DNA of 64,000 nucleotides from Candidatus Nomurabacteria bacterium (lineage in GTDB: Bacteria; Patescibacteriota; Saccharimonadia; Saccharimonadales; JAGQNJ01), in assembly GCA_023898625.1 (NCBI GenBank), contig CP060231.1, positions 413,986-477,985 of the forward strand, in the 5' to 3' direction. The notes under the pieces were generated by a model. That model had not been told where the DNA came from and did not search any database. It saw only the letters and a program-made list of their open reading frames with translations. The translations under genes were made by a program, and so were the position numbers. Shown piece by piece: positions 57,956 to 64,000 of the stretch. The first letter of the stretch is position 1. Every line of letters begins with the position of its first letter.

Positions 57956-58492
57956 ATGAAACTTGTGGATATAGAGAAAGATTTAGATGTATACGGTGAA
58001 TCGATGAAGCGGTACATGGATGCTTTTCAGTTGCCTAAGTCCTGGTTTCGAAACCCGGATCACTTTGCTATAAAGTGCGCAGACGAACTTGATTATCTTG
58101 AGACGTGTCAATCATTAGAAAAAGAGGTCTCAAAGGAAGGCCTTTGGGAGATATCATTGGATGATAGGTTGCTTGCCTCAGCGAAACTTGGAGGTAAAGT
58201 TGCTCTGGGTGGTTTTAATTTTGAGTGGATTGAAATAATGCAACCAAGGCCAGGCAAGGAGACCAAAGAAGGTTTTGTTGAACATACTGAATTCTTTTTC
58301 CCTGATCTATATGAAGTGTTGCGTGTACTTGAACAGTGTGGAGCAGATGCAACACTACAAAAAAATCCGGGTCACGAATGGGTGAATTTAGTCATTGATG
58401 ATTTTGGTAGAGAGATAAAATTTAACGATAAGCCACTTGCTGACGTAGTAGCAGCTGAGCGGTCGGAGGGCGTGTTACGTAGAATATCGTAG
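57956..58492 (+). CDS. Hypothetical protein (178 aa; possibly VOC/glyoxalase-like) inserted between ruvA and ruvB
   Basis: ATG 1 nt after the ruvA stop; His/Glu pattern (DHFAIKC...EWIEIM...EHTEFFF) is suggestive only. Confidence 0.45.
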   Translation: MKLVDIEKDLDVYGESMKRYMDAFQLPKSWFRNPDHFAIKCADELDYLETCQSLEKEVSKEGLWEISLDDRLLASAKLGGKVALGGFNFEWIEIMQPRPGKETKEGFVEHTEFFFPDLYEVLRVLEQCGADATLQKNPGHEWVNLVIDDFGREIKFNDKPLADVVAAERSEGVLRRIS

Positions 58493-58512
58493 TCGCGAGA
58501 TAATGGTTTGAC

Positions 58513-59541
58513 ATGGCAATTGAGCGGATAGTAAATACAAGTAATAACGAAACTCCAGAGGAGCAAGAGCTGGAAGTTACCTTGCGTCCCCAAGATTTTG
58601 CAAACTACATTGGCCAAGAGAGAATTAAACAAAATCTGCAACTAGCAATTACCGCCTCCAAAAAGCGTGGTGAGCCGATTGACCATGTTTTATTATATGG
58701 CCCACCTGGACTTGGCAAGACCACGTTAGCTACAGTTATAGCTAACGAAATGGGCGCACAAATCAGAATAACTAGTGGCCCGGCAATCGAAAGAGCCGGA
58801 GATTTAGCCAGTTTATTAACGAACTTACATGACGGCGATATTTTATTCATTGATGAAATTCATCGCTTAAACCGTAGTGTTGAAGAAGTTCTTTACAGCG
58901 CAATGGAGGATTTTAAGCTGGATATAATGCTAGGAAAGGGTCCGAGTGCAAAAAGCTTACGCCTGGACTTGCCAAGATTTACAATAATTGGCGCGACAAC
59001 TCGTACTGGTAGTCTGGCGGCTCCGTTAAGGGATAGATTTGGTATGATTCATCGGCTAGAATTTTATACTCCAGAAGAAATTGCTCGAATTATTAAGCGT
59101 GCTTCTCGGATATTAAATGTAAAAATAGATAATGAGGCCGCCGATAAGCTTGCAATCAGAGCTCGTTTAACTCCTAGAATTGCTAATAGGTTATTAAAGA
59201 GAGTACGTGACTACGCAGACGTTAATGGGGACGGTATTATCGACAATAATATTAGCGACAATGCTCTATTATTATTAGAAGTTGACGAACTCGGCCTAGA
59301 TCCGGCAGACAGGCGCATGCTTGAAGCGATCATCGAAAGTTATGACGGTGGCCCAGTTGGTGTTGACACGATTGCTGCTTTGATTGCCGAGGAACGAAGT
59401 ACTATTGAAGATTTTCATGAGCCATATTTGATGCAGATTGGCTTGATAGAGCGAACTCCTCGTGGCAGAAGAGTTACATCCAAGGCGTATAAACACCTTG
59501 GTCGGCACAAAAACAACGACTCTCAATCTTCTCTGTTATAA
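58513..59541 (+). CDS. ruvB: Holliday junction DNA helicase RuvB
   Basis: [14 protein letters not shown] Walker [11 protein letters not shown] Walker B, sensor and winged-helix regions. Confidence 0.95.
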   Translation: MAIERIVNTSNNETPEEQELEVTLRPQDFANYIGQERIKQNLQLAITASKKRGEPIDHVLLYGPPGLGKTTLATVIANEMGAQIRITSGPAIERAGDLASLLTNLHDGDILFIDEIHRLNRSVEEVLYSAMEDFKLDIMLGKGPSAKSLRLDLPRFTIIGATTRTGSLAAPLRDRFGMIHRLEFYTPEEIARIIKRASRILNVKIDNEAADKLAIRARLTPRIANRLLKRVRDYADVNGDGIIDNNISDNALLLLEVDELGLDPADRRMLEAIIESYDGGPVGVDTIAALIAEERSTIEDFHEPYLMQIGLIERTPRGRRVTSKAYKHLGRHKNNDSQSSLL

Positions 59542-59550
59542 TATTAGACG

Positions 59551-60150
59551 ATGGATGTTAATGAATTGCGAGCAGAGGATAAGTTAAAATTATCACGTAC
59601 CGGTAAAAAATACTTTAATCTAATAGAATTTGATAACGAAGAGCGTTTAATATGTGAGATTCGTAAACATCCAATCGGTCAATTCTTTATCTACTTAACT
59701 GGTTGCGTAATTGCTTTTGCTGTTTCTGTGGTGCTAGGTTTTGTTGGGTTCTCTGGAACACTAGAGGACTCTGGCATTGCATCCTCTAGCCTGGGGTCAG
59801 TTGTTACTGTTATAGGTTTTGTGTTTGTGTTGTTAATTATTGGCGCAATGCTAATCCAGGCAATACTATACACAAACAATGTCATTTATGTTACTTCTGA
59901 AAAAATTGCCCAAATTCTGTATATTAACCTATTTAATCGCAAGATATCCCAGTTGAGTATCGGAGACGTCCAGGATGTAACGGTTACTCAAAAAGGTGTT
60001 CTAGCTCATTTATTTAACTACGGAACTTTAGTGATTGAGACTGCAGGCGAACAACAAAATTATTTATTCACCTATATTCCAGACCCATATAAGCATTCAA
60101 AACTTATTGTGGGAGCTCACGAAAAAAACCTAGTTCAGTACGGGAACTAA
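59551..60150 (+). CDS. Membrane protein with bacterial PH (YdbS/YdbT-like) domain
   Basis: Two TM helices flanked by the conserved hydrophilic segments typical of bPH_2 proteins. Confidence 0.5.
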   Translation: MDVNELRAEDKLKLSRTGKKYFNLIEFDNEERLICEIRKHPIGQFFIYLTGCVIAFAVSVVLGFVGFSGTLEDSGIASSSLGSVVTVIGFVFVLLIIGAMLIQAILYTNNVIYVTSEKIAQILYINLFNRKISQLSIGDVQDVTVTQKGVLAHLFNYGTLVIETAGEQQNYLFTYIPDPYKHSKLIVGAHEKNLVQYGN

Positions 60151-60153
60151 TTT

Positions 60154-60453
60154 CTATTCTTGAAATGGGTTGTCTCTGTATTGCTCGAACAGGGCTCTAA
60201 TTTCTAGATTTACTGCTTGAAGTTGTTTAATCTGTTTTACTGCTGATTCATCAATGTTAATTGGTTTATTTTCGCTTGATTTTTCAGCAATTGCTGATTC
60301 ACTAGGCTCTTTATTGGCGAGAAGTCTGATATTGAATGTTAGGTAGGCAATAATGATGAGACCGGAAACAACAAACAAAAATACAGCATTCTTTTTTATA
60401 AATCGTGCTAATTTTTCTATACGAGGTCTTATGGTTGAGGTATTTAAATTCAT
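60154..60453 (-). CDS. Hypothetical membrane protein, last gene of the pilM-N-O operon (PilP-position)
   Basis: Single TM; 4-nt overlap with the upstream gene. Confidence 0.4.
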   Translation of the reverse strand: MNLNTSTIRPRIEKLARFIKKNAVFLFVVSGLIIIAYLTFNIRLLANKEPSESAIAEKSSENKPINIDESAVKQIKQLQAVNLEIRALFEQYRDNPFQE

Positions 60454-61082
60454 GGCTTTAAGAACATATTTAGTTTTAACGCAAAAATTAGTTGGGGATT
60501 CTTACTAGAAGATGATTTAGGTTCAATCCTAATACTGGTTACTTGTGATGTGCGACGATTCTTTTCGAGCTTGGCAAGAAAATCAATAAATTGGTAGTAG
60601 TTAACTGGCCCATTTGGCGTAATGGTTGCCTCTAAGCTGTATATACCATTCAGGCCTTTTACAGGAACAGCCTGGCTTATAGGATTGGGCGCTGGAGTTG
60701 ATCCTTCTTGAGTGGATTCTTTAGACGTTGACTTTTGTGCTGGGGCGCCAAGGTTCGAGGCCGGGAAGGTAATTGATTTTATTTGGATTCCGCTTTCTTG
60801 AGCTAAGGCGAGTATTTCTCGTGTAGCACGAGCCTGGTCTTTATCTCTTGGAACAATAGCCTGAGTCAATTCTTCTAGATTCTTGTATTTTTGGATATTT
60901 TGTTTTGCTTTAGCTAAGGATAACTCCTGGTTCTCTAACACTTTATTTGATATTTTCTGATCAACCAAGTATTGAGATTGACGCGACAATAGTTTATTAC
61001 CCATATATATAGCAGAAACTACGCCAAGGATTGATAATACTAACAAACCAATTATTAGTTGAAATGCTTTCTTGGAGGTCAT
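60450..61082 (-). CDS. pilO: Type IV pilus assembly protein PilO-like
   Basis: N-terminal TM plus coiled-coil, position after pilN, ATGA overlaps. Confidence 0.55.
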   Translation of the reverse strand: MTSKKAFQLIIGLLVLSILGVVSAIYMGNKLLSRQSQYLVDQKISNKVLENQELSLAKAKQNIQKYKNLEELTQAIVPRDKDQARATREILALAQESGIQIKSITFPASNLGAPAQKSTSKESTQEGSTPAPNPISQAVPVKGLNGIYSLEATITPNGPVNYYQFIDFLAKLEKNRRTSQVTSIRIEPKSSSSKNPQLIFALKLNMFLKP

Positions 61083-61675
61083 TGGTTGCTACCTGCGGAT
61101 TTATTGTTTACAAATAGGAATGGATTGTCTTTTGTGAATAAAGCTCTGAAAGTAGCCCTGCAGGGGTAGGTTGGATTACTTTCTCCGCAACTTATCGATA
61201 CAATGTCTACTTTATCAAATAATTTGTTGTTTGGATCCATTAGGTTAACCTGGATTTGTGTGGCTGATTCTTGGTCTTTGGTTTCTGCTGAAAGATCAAT
61301 GCCTCCTTCAACCTTACTAATTTCTATATTCGAAAGTACTGTATTTTCTGGCATTACCGAGCCCACCTGTTTGATTAATTCCGAAAACAGCACTTGTTTT
61401 GATAATACCTGAACAATAAGTTTTAGGCTTCCGGAAATATTCTCTACAGTCTTGAGCGTACCCTCAAGGTCATTATTTTTTAAATCTTGCGTGATACTGG
61501 CATTGATTTCTTGGTATCGTTTTGTTTCAGACTTTAAATAGGTAAACCCTATGAGCTGTGTCAACAAAACAGCCATCAGAATAATAAGAGTTCCACCAAC
61601 CCATCTGAGTAGTTTTGAGCTACGCCTTGCATAACGTAAAGATTCTTTGTAGTCATCCGGACTAAGGTTAATCAT
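61079..61675 (-). CDS. pilN: Type IV pilus assembly protein PilN-like
   Basis: Short cytoplasmic N-terminus, TM (LLRWVGGTLIILMAVLLTQLIGF), periplasmic domain; follows pilM. Confidence 0.6.
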   Translation of the reverse strand: MINLSPDDYKESLRYARRSSKLLRWVGGTLIILMAVLLTQLIGFTYLKSETKRYQEINASITQDLKNNDLEGTLKTVENISGSLKLIVQVLSKQVLFSELIKQVGSVMPENTVLSNIEISKVEGGIDLSAETKDQESATQIQVNLMDPNNKLFDKVDIVSISCGESNPTYPCRATFRALFTKDNPFLFVNNKSAGSNQ

Positions 61676-62760
61676 GCGAACGGCTCCTTGGGATCCATTA
61701 ATGCTAGGCCTGCTGAAGTGATGTAGATATTTTCTTCTCCAGGCTTCGGCAGATTAATAGATTCAAAAGTGATAGTATTCCATGGATCATATGTTCTTAC
61801 TGGCAACCGGAGGGTGTTGGTAAAATAATCACTCAATCCGGGAATATTAGCTCCACCACCAAGTAAAACTACTTGACCTATGGTTTTGTTGCCATTATTT
61901 ATTCGCTCTTCGTAATATCGTACCATTCTTTTTATCTCTCTCGTAATCTCGTCGGTTAATGGTTTAAGAGCGTCAATTATTTCAGCTTGCTTTTTACTAA
62001 AGTTTAATCCATAGCGTGATTTGATGGTTTGAGCTTCCTGATTTGTGACGTCCAAGGCGTTTCTTATGGCATCAGTGTAATGGTCGCCACCTCCTGTTGT
62101 TGTTCCTGTAACTACTAAATCATTGTCGTAAATTGTTACGTCCGTGGATATGGCGCCAAAATCTATCAATACCGTAGGAACCTTATGTTGATCAGTAAAG
62201 CCGAATAGCCTATTAGATGCACTGGTTGTTGGCTCCATTGCCACTACCTCAAGTCCAAGAATTCTTGCAAGGTTCATGTATGAGTCGACGAGTTTTCGTT
62301 GCGTCGCTACTGTTAGAACACGATTTTGATCTTTCTGTGTACCTAGTATGGAGTAGTCTAAATACAAATCAGAAGATGATGAGGGTAGGTATTGCTGAAT
62401 TTCAGTATTAACTGCATCAGGTATGTCTTTTTCGGCTATATTGCTAGGTAGATTAATAATTCTTGAGAATGTATACGATGCTGGTATAGACATGATTACT
62501 CTTTTTGTATCAATAGTGCCTGTGAGTGAAGAGGAAAACATATTGTGCATACTTGAAGCGATTGATTCATAGTTATCTATGACACCATTGACAATACTTG
62601 ATTCTTCAAAATTTGCCACACCATACCCTTTAACATGGAATTGATTGTGATTTGTCGATAACTGCATTACTTTTATGCTACTGAAGCCAATATCCATACC
62701 AAATACGGGTTTATCGTTATATAAATATATAGTTTCACTCATTATTTTAATCTTAAGCAT
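61672..62760 (-). CDS. pilM: Type IV pilus assembly ATPase-like protein PilM (actin-like fold)
   Basis: FGMDIGFSSIKVMQL..., actin/FtsA-like phosphate motifs, DFGAISTDVTIY, VVLLGGGANIPGL. Confidence 0.85.
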   Translation of the reverse strand: MLKIKIMSETIYLYNDKPVFGMDIGFSSIKVMQLSTNHNQFHVKGYGVANFEESSIVNGVIDNYESIASSMHNMFSSSLTGTIDTKRVIMSIPASYTFSRIINLPSNIAEKDIPDAVNTEIQQYLPSSSSDLYLDYSILGTQKDQNRVLTVATQRKLVDSYMNLARILGLEVVAMEPTTSASNRLFGFTDQHKVPTVLIDFGAISTDVTIYDNDLVVTGTTTGGGDHYTDAIRNALDVTNQEAQTIKSRYGLNFSKKQAEIIDALKPLTDEITREIKRMVRYYEERINNGNKTIGQVVLLGGGANIPGLSDYFTNTLRLPVRTYDPWNTITFESINLPKPGEENIYITSAGLALMDPKEPFA

Positions 62761-62818
62761 TAACAGTTTGTATTATATCAATATTAATACATTATTGATA
62801 TTAATCTTCAAATATTCA

Positions 62819-62844
62819 AAACCCCCCTCATATGAGGGGGGTTT
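62819..62844 (-). terminator. Strong hairpin terminator downstream of the pilin gene
   Basis: AAACCCCCCTCA-ta-TGAGGGGGGTTT perfect 12-bp stem. Confidence 0.7.
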
Positions 62845-62861
62845 ATCGAGTACATAACCAA

Positions 62862-63323
62862 CTAATTATTTAGGCTAGTTTTAGAGTAGGTACCACTTCC
62901 GTCAATTGTGCCTTCTAATGTTGCAGTTAATGTATATGCTGTACATTCACCATTAGCTCCGTTGTCGCATCCAGCAGGTGTAACAGCGTATGAATATGAG
63001 TTAGCTGTAGCAGTCGCAACAAGCGTTTGTGCCGAGCCTTTAGGGTCTTGTAGGGCATCGGCATCAAGCCCCTTCATATTCGCTCCTCTAAATGTAGAAT
63101 CATTCACATTAGCTAACGTAGGATAGTGTCCATTCTGAGCATAGTATGCCTCTAGCTGGCCATGGATTGCTTTAATATCCGTTTGTCGTTCAGTGTCACG
63201 ACCTTTTTGTTGAATACCGCTATATGTTGTTATAACTAATGCCGCCAAAATTCCAATAACGACAATAACGATTAAGAGCTCCACGATAGTGAAACCACGT
63301 TGTTTTTTATTTAGTGAAGTCAT
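62862..63323 (-). CDS. pilA: Type IV major pilin (prepilin with class III signal peptide)
   Basis: MTSLNKKQRGFTIVELLIVIVVIGILAALV has a prepilin peptidase site (G|FTIVE) and N-terminal hydrophobic helix; strong SD AAGGAGGGTG upstream. Confidence 0.9.
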   Translation of the reverse strand: MTSLNKKQRGFTIVELLIVIVVIGILAALVITTYSGIQQKGRDTERQTDIKAIHGQLEAYYAQNGHYPTLANVNDSTFRGANMKGLDADALQDPKGSAQTLVATATANSYSYAVTPAGCDNGANGECTAYTLTATLEGTIDGSGTYSKTSLNN

Positions 63324-63450
63324 AGGGACCCACCCTCCTTCTTATTTATTGTTTTAATGTAACGAGACGTATTCGTCAAGTTGGCCATAATTATAAGCAC
63401 AATAGTAATACAATGCAAGCACATTTAACTTCTTTAAAATAAAAAAGATC

Positions 63451-64000
63451 TTAATTGCCAATATTTTTACTAAGTGAAGCAATTGGACCCATAACACTAG
63501 CGGCTATTAACCCAACGACACTTCCTAGTACAATTATCATTATCGGCTCAATTATTGAACTTAATCCATCAATAGTAGTTGCTACTTCCTCTTCATAAAA
63601 GTCAGCAACTTTCACCAGTATAGTGTCAATTTGTCCAGTTTCTTCACCGACGGCCAGCATTTGAGAAACTATTGGTGGAAAATGTGTATTTTTAGTCAGG
63701 CTTTCTGATAGTTGTTTACCGTTTTTTACTTCCTTAGAGGCTTCCTCAAGTTCTCTTTGAAAGACTTTATTGCCGATTGCAGCACCCGTAACTTCAAGGG
63801 CATCTAAAACACCAACTCCTGCAGACATTAATGATGCAAAAGTTCTTGCGAAACGTGCTATTGCAACCTTAATAATTATTGTATTTATAATTGGTAGCCT
63901 GAGGAGTAAAGCATGAAATTTATACTTACCTTTTGGTGTTTTGATATAGCGTCTTACAATTATTACACATATAATTGAAACTATAATTATTAGTGGTGCC
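63451..64000 (-). CDS. pilC: Type IV pilus inner-membrane platform protein PilC (GspF family), 5'-partial (start beyond window end)
   Basis: C-terminal GspF repeat: MSAGVGVLDALEV...LAVGEETGQIDTIL..., TM helix at the C-terminus; frame open to 64000. Confidence 0.8.
   Translation of the reverse strand, partial: APLIIIVSIICVIIVRRYIKTPKGKYKFHALLLRLPIINTIIIKVAIARFARTFASLMSAGVGVLDALEVTGAAIGNKVFQRELEEASKEVKNGKQLSESLTKNTHFPPIVSQMLAVGEETGQIDTILVKVADFYEEEVATTIDGLSSIIEPIMIIVLGSVVGLIAASVMGPIASLSKNIGN

Overview
The window reads as a low-GC (about 38-40%), gene-dense bacterial chromosome segment. Gene content is consistent with a Candidate Phyla Radiation / Saccharibacteria-like organism; this lineage call is inference from type IV pili, sortases, short housekeeping proteins and many orphan small genes, and I cannot verify it without a search. 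The recognisable backbone is: dus, tatC-tatA, ftsH, murJ, lepA, bcp, an hrcA-grpE-dnaK-dnaJ operon with CIRCE operators, rimK with its retropepsin-like partner, comEC, an lnt-like gene, a yebC-family gene, ruvC-ruvA-X-ruvB, tilS, a type IV pilus cluster (pilM/N/O, major pilin, pilC partial at the window edge) and four tRNAs, three of which carry a CAU anticodon. Between these sit accessory or surface-associated regions. The largest is a roughly 10 kb reading frame (3672-13721) encoding a giant repeat protein that ends in a histidine-kinase H-box plus HATPase_c; it is interrupted once, inside a perfect 78-bp tandem DNA repeat. Others are: a cluster of small membrane protein, sortase, collagen-like protein, DUF and LamG-like/esterase protein, then a GT4 glycosyltransferase; two surface proteins (BspA-type LRR and NHL propeller) sharing a roughly 120-aa C-terminal domain that ends in ...DPVGLATLAVGSPNTG; a frameshifted IS481-family transposase next to a decayed NHL repeat array; a 54-bp direct repeat that duplicates the 3' end of tRNA-fMet plus its terminator (att-like scar); and an acyl-ACP-desaturase-like diiron protein. 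All calls come from reading the translations and the DNA by eye; no database search was possible.
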